Positions 1 to 9,412 of a DNA stretch of 64,000 bases are shown here, piece by piece. Positions within the stretch are counted from its first letter, which is position 1, and every line of letters begins with the position of its first letter. Location of the stretch: the NCBI GenBank assembly GCA_049968255.1, contig JBMFRB010000006.1, forward strand, positions 103,800 through 167,799, given 5' to 3'. This DNA is from Candidatus Sumerlaeaceae bacterium. GTDB lineage: Bacteria > Sumerlaeota > Sumerlaeia > Sumerlaeales > Sumerlaeaceae. A program made the position numbers and the translations under genes. The notes below the pieces were generated by a model, which saw only the letters and a program-made list of their open reading frames with translations, was not told where the DNA came from and made no database searches.

Positions 1-404
1 AGAAATACGCGCAGGACATTGTCGTCCTGCCAGCCACTAAAGCGGATGGGGCGGCCCATGAAATGGTTCGCGCGATACACGCGAAGGCCAACCACGTCGC
101 CCGGGTTTTCGAGAAATTCGAGGATTTCATCGCGCAAGGCCGGTGTGACACGCTCGTCGGCATCGAGAATCATGACCCAGCGATGTGTGGCTTGAGGAAT
201 GGCCCAGTTTTTTTGCGTGGCAGAATTGACATACTCATGTTGAAGAACGCGCGCTCCCATTTCTCGGGCGAGCTCGGGGGTGCGGTCGGTGCTAAAAGAG
301 TCCACCACGAGAATTTCGTCGGCCCACCGCACCGACTCGATGGCAGCGCGGATGTTTTTTTCCTCATTGTAGGCCGGAATGATAATCGAAATCTTTTCTC
401 GCAT
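1..404 (-). CDS. GT2 family glycosyltransferase (WaaE/KdtX-like), truncated by window edge
   Basis: Not in the ORF track because it has no stop in the window. The minus strand from ATG at 404 reads [18 protein letters not shown]...[15 protein letters not shown]...[10 protein letters not shown], a GT2 N-terminus with a DxD motif. Confidence 0.88.
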   Translation of the reverse strand, partial: MREKISIIIPAYNEEKNIRAAIESVRWADEILVVDSFSTDRTPELAREMGARVLQHEYVNSATQKNWAIPQATHRWVMILDADERVTPALRDEILEFLENPGDVVGLRVYRANHFMGRPIRFSGWQDDNVLRVF

Positions 405-485
405 GATCGTGCTCAATGCAGGCACCGAACGTTGGCTGATTCAATGCGCAAATTCGCACGCGCTCAGGCAGATTGACTCCGTTGC

Positions 486-532
486 AAAAAGCGAAAGCCT
501 TTGCGGCTGACAAAGCCGAAATCCGCAAAGGC
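486..532 (-). terminator. Probable intrinsic terminator after ftsZ
   Basis: Perfect 10-bp inverted repeat GCCTTTGCGG (497-506) / CCGCAAAGGC (523-532), followed on the minus strand by TTTCGCTTTTT, 25 nt after the ftsZ stop. Confidence 0.7.
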
Positions 533-557
533 GCGAGAGTAGCTCACCCCTGTGTGC

Positions 558-1907
558 CTAGAGCCCCCAGCGGCGTCGGTAATAGGCAGGGGCCTCTTTG
601 CTGTCTGGCGGGGGTGAGGGAGGCTCCGCCGGTGCTCCCTGCTCAGCACCAGGTTTGGCTGCTGCGGGCTGGACCGGCTCGCTCGGGCGTGGGAATGCAG
701 CGGAGCTTTCGGGTGCCGGCGCATTTTTTTCACCCACTCCGGCCTCCAGGCGAAAATCCGTTTTCTCTGCGGGAGAGGGGCTCTTCGGGCCAGCAAATGG
801 GGCTGCCTTTTCGGGCGGCTCAACGAACGAATAGGAGGGCGCTGGCGATGATATACGCGAAACCGATGGGGTGGCCGGCACTTCCGGTCGCGCGGGCTCG
901 ACGCGCGGACCTAAATGGCTAACGATACGATCGTCAGGTAAACCGCGGTCGAGACCTGTCGCGATGATTGTCACGCGGACCTCGTCTTTCATCTTTTCGT
1001 CAATCACAAGGCCGAAGATGATATTCGCATCGGGATCGGCTTCCTTGTGGATGATGTTACAAGCGTCGTTGACCTCTTGGAGCGTGAGATCGGGACCGCC
1101 TGTGAAACAGATAAGGATGCCGGTCGCGCCGCTAATATCGAGTCCATCCAGCAGTTTGTTTTCGCGTGCTTTTTCCACGGCTTCCACCGCACGGCGATCG
1201 CCTTTGCCGACGCCGATGCCAATGACAGCACCGCCCTTGCCCTGCATGATGGTGCGAACATCGGAGAATTCGACATTGATTTTTCCGGGGACGTTGATGA
1301 TCTCGCTGACGCTGGTCACGGCCATGGTGAGAATTTCGTTGGCCATGCGCAGCCCCTCCTCGAAACCGGTCTTGTTATCAGCGAGCGAGAGCAACCGGCT
1401 ATTGTTGACGACGGTGCAAGCATCAACAATTTCGCGGAGTTGAGAAAGTCCCATCTGCGCGTTTTTTGCGCGCTGACGGCCCTCAAATTCGAAGGGTAAT
1501 GTGACGACGGCCACGGTGAGGATGCCGAGGTCGCGGGCAATCCTTGCGACAACGGGTGCGGCGCCGGTGCCCGTGCCGCCACCTAGGCCAGCAGTAATGA
1601 AGACGATGTCCGCGCCAGCGAGAATCCGCTGGATCTCGTCGGCGGCCTCTTCAGCGGCTTGGCGTCCGATGTCGGGATTTGATCCAGCGCCGCGGCCACG
1701 GGTCAGCTCGCGCCCAATCTGAATTTTGTTAGGCGCCTTGGAAAGGCCGAGCGCCTGGACGTCGGTGTTCATGACATAGAACTCGACGCCTTGCAGGTTC
1801 GATTTGATCAGCTCATCAACGGCGTTAGAGCCCGCTCCCCCGATTCCAATAACCTTAATTTTTGCACCCTGCACGTAGTCAGTTTCGAACTCAAATGGCA
1901 TGGACAT
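558..1907 (-). CDS. ftsZ: Cell division GTPase FtsZ
   Basis: KIKVIGIGGAGSNAV, NTDVQAL, GAGSNP, tubulin signature GGGTGTG, PFEFEG, Pro/Ala-rich linker and C-terminal EAPAYYRRR core. Start moved to ATG 1907 (GAGGGA upstream). Confidence 0.96.
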   Translation of the reverse strand: MSMPFEFETDYVQGAKIKVIGIGGAGSNAVDELIKSNLQGVEFYVMNTDVQALGLSKAPNKIQIGRELTRGRGAGSNPDIGRQAAEEAADEIQRILAGADIVFITAGLGGGTGTGAAPVVARIARDLGILTVAVVTLPFEFEGRQRAKNAQMGLSQLREIVDACTVVNNSRLLSLADNKTGFEEGLRMANEILTMAVTSVSEIINVPGKINVEFSDVRTIMQGKGGAVIGIGVGKGDRRAVEAVEKARENKLLDGLDISGATGILICFTGGPDLTLQEVNDACNIIHKEADPDANIIFGLVIDEKMKDEVRVTIIATGLDRGLPDDRIVSHLGPRVEPARPEVPATPSVSRISSPAPSYSFVEPPEKAAPFAGPKSPSPAEKTDFRLEAGVGEKNAPAPESSAAFPRPSEPVQPAAAKPGAEQGAPAEPPSPPPDSKEAPAYYRRRWGL

Positions 1908-2112
1908 GGTTTCATCCCTCTTTTTGTTACGAAGAGCTGCGAAGACCTCTAGGGATCCGCGACAGTCTTCCGCGTACTTTTCTGTGTCTGTTTGGGAGTC
2001 CTCATGGCAATTTGCAAGATGTTTGGCCGAGGACGCTTTTTCTTTCAACAGCAGCAGCGGTGCAAAACTTCACCGGCAAACGTGCGAAGTGACGAGAGAC
2101 AAGGCTAATGGT

Positions 2113-3657
2113 TCAAGATGGGTTTTCCCAAAGCGTCGCACGCTCGCCCACAGCAAAACCTTGTTGCCAAGTGGTGAGAATGCTCCACTCACGCAGAAGC
2201 TGGGCTTTGTAATTGCGCCCATGGGAAACCGTGTCGAGCCAGTAGAGGGGTCCGTCTACGGTAATGACCCCTCCGCGGAAAGCAATCATCAGATGGAGGT
2301 TGAGCAGGAGGAAAATGAGAGTGAGTCCCGTGGGAGCGAATTGCGCCCGCGTGCGCTCAGCTAGCCAGTGGAGAACTTGGCCTGCGCCGAATGCAAAAAA
2401 CGGCGCGAACTCGAGGAAACCTCGCATTCCAAAAGATGCTCCCAGCCAGTAAACACGCCAGTTCCCGTAAATCCAGGCTGTGGCCAGAATTATGGCAAAA
2501 CTCACAAGTCCCCAACGCGGACACCGGCGGACGAAGAATGCAAGGCCGAGAGCGCACACAAGTAGCCACGGGTGCCAAAAAAACAGGCCGTGACGACGTC
2601 CGAACAAGACAGCCAAGAGGTGTGGAGGGATGAGATTGGCTTTGTAATCGTAGGGATTGGCTAGGCAGTTCCCATAGAGTGTCCACCATGCCAACATTTG
2701 TGGCACAAAGCCAAGGAGCACACCGCCTCCAGCCAGGGCGAATTCGCTAAGCACGGGCCAGCACAAATGCTGTGGGCCTGGTTGCTTCTTCGCCCGTGCT
2801 TGTGCCAGCGGGACAAATGTGAGCAAGAGGAGTGGGGCATTGGTCGCGCGCACGCTGAGGGCAAGCCCTACGATGAATCCCCAAAGCGCAGCCCATAAGT
2901 GTCGGCGCAACGGTGTTCTTTCATTTTCCCAAGCGGAGGTGGCTGCGACGGCGGCTGCAACGCAACCAAAGCTCGTTAGGTGCGACATCCCCGGTTGGTA
3001 CTGAAAATAAAAGAGTGCGGGACCAGCTGTAATGATGGAGAATGCCGCTAATTGAGCAGTGAGCCGTGGGAAAAATTTCTCCAAAACGCGCGCGGTGAGC
3101 CATAAGCCAAATGTGCCGTAGGCAATGTTGCCGGCAATGAAAGCGAAAGCATACCAGGGGGCAAAGGGCGATGGCATGGCCGGCAAAATTCGTGCGAAGG
3201 TAAGGACCACAGCAAGGAGATAAAAAAGTCCCATCCAAGGAAGCGCAGCTAGCCCAGTGCCGATATTGAACTGGTTTTGGGGTGGGCCAGAAGGCTGGGC
3301 CTTTAGCCATTCTGCGAAGGGAGGGCCAGCAAGGTCTTCGCCGAAAAGATGGACAAAAAACTCATAGTCATTTCTGAAATCGAGATCGCGGTCGAAGAAG
3401 AGAGACCGCGCGTAAGCAAAGTACGCCAGATCGTCAAATCCGGTGAGATAAGGCGTGCGTGGAACGGCACGCCTATAAGTGAAGTGGGCGTAATTGAAAG
3501 CAACAACGGCCAAAAAGAACAGAAGATAGTACAGGGCTGGGCTTGTCAAGAATGGTCGGCCAACTGTGCGTTCACGCTTAGGCTCATCCGTAGAATGCAG
3601 CGCTTGGCAGCTGATGGAGTTTTGAATTACATCGGCACTGGAATGAAGCTTACTCAT
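2113..3657 (-). CDS. Polytopic membrane glycosyltransferase, GT-C-like
   Basis: Many hydrophobic segments, acidic GFDDLAYFAYARS motif after the first TM, and a later FGMRGF motif. Start uncertain (3657, or up to 3762). Confidence 0.65.
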   Translation of the reverse strand: MSKLHSSADVIQNSISCQALHSTDEPKRERTVGRPFLTSPALYYLLFFLAVVAFNYAHFTYRRAVPRTPYLTGFDDLAYFAYARSLFFDRDLDFRNDYEFFVHLFGEDLAGPPFAEWLKAQPSGPPQNQFNIGTGLAALPWMGLFYLLAVVLTFARILPAMPSPFAPWYAFAFIAGNIAYGTFGLWLTARVLEKFFPRLTAQLAAFSIITAGPALFYFQYQPGMSHLTSFGCVAAAVAATSAWENERTPLRRHLWAALWGFIVGLALSVRATNAPLLLLTFVPLAQARAKKQPGPQHLCWPVLSEFALAGGGVLLGFVPQMLAWWTLYGNCLANPYDYKANLIPPHLLAVLFGRRHGLFFWHPWLLVCALGLAFFVRRCPRWGLVSFAIILATAWIYGNWRVYWLGASFGMRGFLEFAPFFAFGAGQVLHWLAERTRAQFAPTGLTLIFLLLNLHLMIAFRGGVITVDGPLYWLDTVSHGRNYKAQLLREWSILTTWQQGFAVGERATLWENPS

Positions 3658-3800
3658 ATAGAGAAGCGCTTGAGAATAGAAGATGGCGCGCTTTATATCA
3701 GCAAAGAAAGCAAAAAGAAGCAGGGCTCGGGTCCGGTGGTGGACGAATGCTTGGCTAATCATCAGCTCTTGAGGAGAACTGCCGAAGAACAGGGACGTTT

Positions 3801-5060
3801 ATGCGACTTCGATGCTCGTTTTGTGGTAAAGACCAACATGCGGTAAAGACACTTTTTCGGGGCATGCCAACGAAGGATACGTTGGCAAACGTCTTCATTT
3901 GCGACGACTGCGTGATGCAGTGCAGTGAACGGCTGCGCCAGGAGGAACTCTTGCGCGCAGAAGAAGCAGCGTTGCAGAACGTCAAGCGCCTTCCGTCGCC
4001 TCGCGAGATCAAACAGATTCTTGACCAGTACGTCATCTCCCAGGAGCGGACTAAGAAAATCCTCAGTGTGGCCGTCCACAATCACTACAAACGTATTATG
4101 TTTAATTACACGGCCGAGGACGTAGAGATTGAAAAAGCAAATATCCTGCTTATTGGGCCGACGGGTAGCGGGAAAACGTTGTTGGCCCAAACACTGGCAA
4201 AAATCCTCGATGTGCCATTCGCCATCGCCGATGCAACCACACTGACGCAAGCGGGTTACGTAGGGGAAGACGTCGAGAATATCCTGCTCAAACTATGGCA
4301 GAACGCGGGCCAAGACAAGGAACGGACGCAGCGTGGCATTGTCTACATTGACGAAATTGACAAGATCGCGCGTACGACGCAAAATGTTTCGATAACTCGC
4401 GATGTGAGCGGCGAAGGTGTGCAGCAAGCTCTCTTGAAGATTCTCGAAGGCACCGTGGCGAATGTGCCACCTGGCGGCGGACGCAAGCATCCGCACCAGG
4501 AATATATTACCATCGACACCACCAACATTCTTTTCATCTGTGGCGGGGCTTTTACAGGACTGGAAAAAATCATCGAGCATCGTGTTTCGGCCAAGAGCAT
4601 GGGCTTTGGAGCGGAAATTGTTTCGCGGCGCGATCGCGATATCGGAAAACTTTTAGCGCAGGTCACGCCGCAGGACCTTATGAAGTTCGGCTTCATTCCA
4701 GAGTTTATTGGGCGCCTACCGGTCGTGGCAACGCTTGAGAAGTTAGGCGAAAAAGAGCTTATTCAGATCCTCGTCGAGCCACGCAACGCCCTCGTGAAGC
4801 AGTACAAGAAATTTTTCGAGATGGAAGGGGTGGAGCTGACCATCACGCCGGATGCTCTCAAGACCATCGCCAGGCAAGCCCTCAAGATGGAAACAGGTGC
4901 GCGCGGCCTACGGGCGATTCTCGAAACGGTGATGTTGGATATCATGTTCGATTTGCCGTCGCGGGCCGCTGAGGTGGCGGAAGTAATCATTGACGCGGAC
5001 GTGATCGAGGGAAAGGCAGAGCCGCATTACGTGGCACGGCAAAAAAAGGAAAGTGCGTAA
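3801..5060 (+). CDS. clpX: ATP-dependent Clp protease ATPase subunit ClpX
   Basis: C4 zinc finger CSFC...CDDC, Walker [42 protein letters not shown] and an MGF ClpP-docking loop. Confidence 0.98.
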   Translation: MRLRCSFCGKDQHAVKTLFRGMPTKDTLANVFICDDCVMQCSERLRQEELLRAEEAALQNVKRLPSPREIKQILDQYVISQERTKKILSVAVHNHYKRIMFNYTAEDVEIEKANILLIGPTGSGKTLLAQTLAKILDVPFAIADATTLTQAGYVGEDVENILLKLWQNAGQDKERTQRGIVYIDEIDKIARTTQNVSITRDVSGEGVQQALLKILEGTVANVPPGGGRKHPHQEYITIDTTNILFICGGAFTGLEKIIEHRVSAKSMGFGAEIVSRRDRDIGKLLAQVTPQDLMKFGFIPEFIGRLPVVATLEKLGEKELIQILVEPRNALVKQYKKFFEMEGVELTITPDALKTIARQALKMETGARGLRAILETVMLDIMFDLPSRAAEVAEVIIDADVIEGKAEPHYVARQKKESA

Positions 5061-5130
5061 GGCTCACTGACTCAGCACGGACGAGTGCGGGCCGTATCAA
5101 TTGTGAAGAGAAGAAAGGGAAACGCGACCA

Positions 5131-6711
5131 ATGCCATACGATCCTCATGATGAGGCTTTACAAGAATTCCGCGTTGCCGTACCGGGTCATGCAATCCGCA
5201 ATGTCTCGGTCCCTCAGCTCGTTGAGTTTGCTATTGCTCACAAGGAAGGCCAACTGGCCTCCAATGGGGCGTTCAATGCCATCACGGCACCACGAACAGG
5301 ACGGTCGCCAAAGGACAAATTTATCGTGCGGAGTGGCGAGGCGGCCAATCTTGTTCACTGGGGGCCGAATACGCCTTTTGAGCCCGAGCATTTTGATGCA
5401 CTCTTTAGCCGGGCTGCGGAATACGTGCGCCAGCGGACCATGTACGTTTTCGATGGTTATTCCGGCGCCGATCCACGCTATCGCCTACCGATTCGCGTGA
5501 AAACCGAGCTAGCATGGCACAACCTTTTCGCACATCAGCTTTTCATCCGTCCGTCGCATGAGGAACTCAGGACTCATCGGCCGAGCTTCACGGTGATTGC
5601 AGTTCCTGCGTTCCGCGCGCGCCCCGAGCGCGATCATACGAACTCTGAAGCGTTTATTATCATCAATTATGAGAGGCGACTCGTCCTCATCGGAGGCACG
5701 CGTTATGCCGGCGAGATCAAGAAGAGTATGTTCACTGTGATGAACTATCTTTTACCTCGCCAAGGCGTGTTGCCAATGCACTGCTCGGCCAATGTGGGCG
5801 AGCGCGGCGACGTGGCGCTTTTCTTCGGACTTAGCGGGACAGGAAAAACCACTCTCAGCGCTGACCCGAAGCGCCGCCTGATCGGCGACGACGAGCACGG
5901 ATGGAGCGATGACGGCGTGTTCAACTTCGAGGGCGGGTGCTATGCGAAAGTCATCGGGCTGACGCGAGAAAAAGAGCCGCAGATTTACGATGCGATCCGT
6001 TTTGGGGCCGTTCTCGAAAACGTTGTGCTCGATGATGAACGCAATCCAGATTATACTGACAATTTTATTACGGAAAATACACGCTGTGCTTACCCCATTA
6101 ATTTCATCGAGAACGCGGTGATTCCTGGCATTGGGGGACACCCAAACCACGTCATCTTCCTGACCGCTGATGCGACAGGCGTCCTGCCGCCCGTGGCCAG
6201 GCTCAACGAGGCTCAGGCCATGTATCATTTCTTGAGCGGTTACACGTCGAAGCTTGCCGGCACAGAAACCGGCGTGAAAGAGCCGCAGTCGGTGTTCTCG
6301 AGCTGCTTTGGTGCACCCTTCCTCCCGTTGGCGCCCCATGTCTATGCAGAGATGCTGGGTGAGCGGCTTCGCAAGCACAAAGCGCAGTGCTGGCTGGTGA
6401 ATACTGGATGGATCGGCGGACCCTTCGGAGTGGGCCACCGCATTGATCTGCCTTACACGCGCTCAATTATCCATGCTATTTTGGATAATAAGCTAGCAGA
6501 TGTCGATTATAGCGAAGACGCGATGTTTGGCTTTGCTGTCCCAAAGACTGTGCCAGAGGTGCCGGCGGATATTCTGCTCCCACGCAATAGCTGGCCAGAT
6601 AAGGCAGCTTACGATGAGGCAGCAAAGAAGCTCGCTCAAACGTTCAAAACGAATTTCGAGCGCTTTTCTGGAATTAGCCCTGAAATTGTGGCTGGTGGGC
6701 CGCGCGTTTAG
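5131..6711 (+). CDS. pckA: Phosphoenolpyruvate carboxykinase (ATP)
   Basis: [52 protein letters not shown]. Confidence 0.98.
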   Translation: MPYDPHDEALQEFRVAVPGHAIRNVSVPQLVEFAIAHKEGQLASNGAFNAITAPRTGRSPKDKFIVRSGEAANLVHWGPNTPFEPEHFDALFSRAAEYVRQRTMYVFDGYSGADPRYRLPIRVKTELAWHNLFAHQLFIRPSHEELRTHRPSFTVIAVPAFRARPERDHTNSEAFIIINYERRLVLIGGTRYAGEIKKSMFTVMNYLLPRQGVLPMHCSANVGERGDVALFFGLSGTGKTTLSADPKRRLIGDDEHGWSDDGVFNFEGGCYAKVIGLTREKEPQIYDAIRFGAVLENVVLDDERNPDYTDNFITENTRCAYPINFIENAVIPGIGGHPNHVIFLTADATGVLPPVARLNEAQAMYHFLSGYTSKLAGTETGVKEPQSVFSSCFGAPFLPLAPHVYAEMLGERLRKHKAQCWLVNTGWIGGPFGVGHRIDLPYTRSIIHAILDNKLADVDYSEDAMFGFAVPKTVPEVPADILLPRNSWPDKAAYDEAAKKLAQTFKTNFERFSGISPEIVAGGPRV

Positions 6712-6795
6712 GCGACGCCTCTTGCAGTGCACGGATAGCTATACCGCCTTTTGCTGACCACAGGCAAGGTCGCGGTTCCGGCTTAGTGGAAGAAT

Positions 6796-8007
6796 TCAGG
6801 GATAGACTTGTCGGTGGTTGACCTCGTGGCCTTGCGGCACAACGGCGCCGGGCTTGATGCGTGCGGCTTTGCCGATAAGTGTAAGGGGCCCACGGGCTGG
6901 GTCAGGTGGCTGAGGCAATGTGCCTTCTCCCACGCGGCAGCGTGCGCCGAAAACGGCGTCGCGATCGCTAATGACGTATTCAAGCTGGGCTCCCTCGCCA
7001 ACGATGCAGTCGTGCATGAGGATGCAGTGGCGTACTGTGGCGCCCCGCTCCACTTGCACACCGGGCGAGACAATGGAGTTTTCAACGGTGCCTTCGATGA
7101 GGCATTTCGGGCCGAGGAAAGAGTGCACGACGTTGGCAGCGCTTGTGATCCGTGTTGCCGGTGCCACACCGACATCCCGAAATTCAAGATTTGTAAGAAT
7201 CCCCCAGCTCTGAAGCTCCGCAAAGCGGTCGGCGTGGAGCATTCGCATTTGCGTGTCGAAATAGTCGATCACATTTTCCATGTAGTCCCACGTGCCAGGC
7301 ATGCAGTAAGCATAGGAGTTCAGTGTATGGACGCGTGGCTCAAGCACATGCTTAGCCAGGTTGTGGTTGGTGTCGCGAGCGTTCTCGCGAAGAAGCTCTT
7401 CGAGCACTTCGCGCCGGAAGACATACATGCCCGTGGATGTGCACGTGTCGGGCGGCACATCGGGTTTTTCGATGAAGCGCTCGATGCGTGAGTTCTCTCC
7501 CACGAAGACGTAGCCAAAGCGTGACCGGCGTTGTTCGGCAAGCAGATCGCACGTAATCATGGTGACGTCGGCACGCATGTCGCAGTGGAAATTGAGCACT
7601 GGCCGAAAATCGAGGTGATAGACATGCTCGCCACTGAGCACAACGATGTGCTCCGGATTACAGTCCTCGATGAAGTTCCAGTTCTGCCAAAGAGCATCAG
7701 CCGTGCCCTTGTACCACGCTGTGGTCTCGACGCCTACGAAGGGCGGCATGATTTTCAGGCAGCGACCGTAACCATAGAGATCCCAAGGCAGGCCGACGCC
7801 TACGTGCTCGATGAGCGACGCTGGGAGATATTGAATGACTAGACCGATTTGCTCGATGCCGGAGTTCTTGAGATTCGACAGCGTGAAGTCTATTATACGA
7901 TAATGAGAGGCGAACGTGAGTGCTCCTTTGGCGCGATTGCGCGTAAGCACACCATAGAGACCTGTTTTGCCTCCGGCGAGGACCAGCGCGACCACCTTCT
8001 TCATCAT
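6796..8007 (-). CDS. Glucose-1-phosphate adenylyltransferase family protein, GlgD-like degenerate subunit
   Basis: VLAGG...LTRNRAK...YRIIDFTLSN, WYKGTADA, FIEKP and C-terminal hexapeptide beta-helix repeats. Catalytic motifs are altered (see findings). Confidence 0.85.
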   Translation of the reverse strand: MMKKVVALVLAGGKTGLYGVLTRNRAKGALTFASHYRIIDFTLSNLKNSGIEQIGLVIQYLPASLIEHVGVGLPWDLYGYGRCLKIMPPFVGVETTAWYKGTADALWQNWNFIEDCNPEHIVVLSGEHVYHLDFRPVLNFHCDMRADVTMITCDLLAEQRRSRFGYVFVGENSRIERFIEKPDVPPDTCTSTGMYVFRREVLEELLRENARDTNHNLAKHVLEPRVHTLNSYAYCMPGTWDYMENVIDYFDTQMRMLHADRFAELQSWGILTNLEFRDVGVAPATRITSAANVVHSFLGPKCLIEGTVENSIVSPGVQVERGATVRHCILMHDCIVGEGAQLEYVISDRDAVFGARCRVGEGTLPQPPDPARGPLTLIGKAARIKPGAVVPQGHEVNHRQVYP

Positions 8008-8083
8008 TCTCCCTCCAACGCGGAAGAGCGGCTTCTTCGATTAGCGCACCCGAGCAGCTCTTCCTTTTTATCCGATGTCTAGT

Positions 8084-9412
8084 TTAGCCAGCAGCCGCCG
8101 ACAGTCTGCAAGGTTTTTGCGAGCGAAAAACGAGGCCCGTTAGCGTAAGATAGAGCGCTAGCGTTGGATAAAATTTGCTGCTCATGAGCAGGACGCCCCA
8201 GCCATGGCGAAAATGTTCGGCGTCAAACCGGATGGGAACCGCAGTGATGAGATAGCAGATAAGAGCGCCAAGCACCAAACCTTCAAAATGCAGCTCGATG
8301 CCCCGCGCAACGAGCCAGGATACGGGTAAAAGCAAAAGGATAAGATAGTGATCCCACAGAAGGGAGGGCAGCAGCAGACTGAGAAGCAACGCCATGAAGA
8401 AGAGCCCCTCCGTGGCAAGCGCGCTTGCCCTCGGATCACGTGCTAAGGTTCGACGGCTTGCGTGAAAAGCAGCGAAGACAAACAGCAGGAGCATCGTAAG
8501 GCTACCCGTGATCGTTAGCAAGTTAGCTAGCTTTTGGGAAGCGGAATACCAGCTCACGGTCACATGGTTTGCTTCCACGAAGAGATGTGTAAGAAGCGAG
8601 TTGAGGCTTTGATTCCAAGGGTCTTTCCAAAAGGTGGCGCCATAGTGCTGCCATGTGGACTTGCCGTACCCCATTTGCGCCAGCACGGGAAGAAACGCGA
8701 GGTGCATCCGCCAGCCAGCGATTGCTATCGAAACGAGGAGCAATGCGGCACATGTCGCCACCATGGCCAGCAGCGCTCTCCAGCGCTGGACAAGCAGGAG
8801 ATAAAGTGCAAAGAGTCCGGGCGCGAGCTTGAACATGGCGCCAAAACCAAGGACGGCACCGGCCAGCAAGTCGCGGGTCCGCTGAAGTGATATAAAACTA
8901 ACAACATAACATAATAATAGCACGATATTGAGTTGGCCTGCGGTAAAAGTCCGGCTGAGGGGATGAGAAATTGCTGCAAGGAGGGCGAGAACATTGAGCC
9001 AGCCAAGGGAGCCGATCAGGGGTTGGGTGAATGGGGTGAGGGTGCGGGCCCACAGGATAAGAGAGGCAAAAAGGAGCATGTGATTCGTGACAAACCAGAA
9101 ATGGGCGGCGGTGGGAAAGGAGAAAAACCTCAGGAAACCAAGCGCGATACCTGTGAATGGAAGGTAAACGTAAGGGTTTAGGGCGGCGGTTCCGAGGCCA
9201 TAGTCTTTTGCAACATCAAGCAGGGATTCTGCCGAATAGGGATCGCGGTGAGTCCAAATAGCCTGCGTTCCCAGATAAATATGTTTGAAGTCATTGCTGT
9301 GGAGATGCGTGAGAGGTTGCCAGACTTGGAAATACGCGTAGACCGCAAGAGCGGCCAGGAGCAGTGCGGGGCTATTCAAGAGTGTTCTGACAAATGTGGA
9401 GAGCATTGTCAT
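8084..9412 (-). CDS. GT87/DUF2029-like membrane glycosyltransferase
   Basis: NDFKHIY, NPYVYLPF, GQLNI, FKLAPG and WDHY motifs in a polytopic membrane protein. Overlaps the upstream gene by 4 nt. Confidence 0.8.
   Translation of the reverse strand: MTMLSTFVRTLLNSPALLLAALAVYAYFQVWQPLTHLHSNDFKHIYLGTQAIWTHRDPYSAESLLDVAKDYGLGTAALNPYVYLPFTGIALGFLRFFSFPTAAHFWFVTNHMLLFASLILWARTLTPFTQPLIGSLGWLNVLALLAAISHPLSRTFTAGQLNIVLLLCYVVSFISLQRTRDLLAGAVLGFGAMFKLAPGLFALYLLLVQRWRALLAMVATCAALLLVSIAIAGWRMHLAFLPVLAQMGYGKSTWQHYGATFWKDPWNQSLNSLLTHLFVEANHVTVSWYSASQKLANLLTITGSLTMLLLFVFAAFHASRRTLARDPRASALATEGLFFMALLLSLLLPSLLWDHYLILLLLPVSWLVARGIELHFEGLVLGALICYLITAVPIRFDAEHFRHGWGVLLMSSKFYPTLALYLTLTGLVFRSQKPCRLSAAAG

Noticed and set aside
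63-476. 137-aa plus-strand ORF in the track
   Set aside because: It is the antisense shadow of the GT2 gene on the minus strand.
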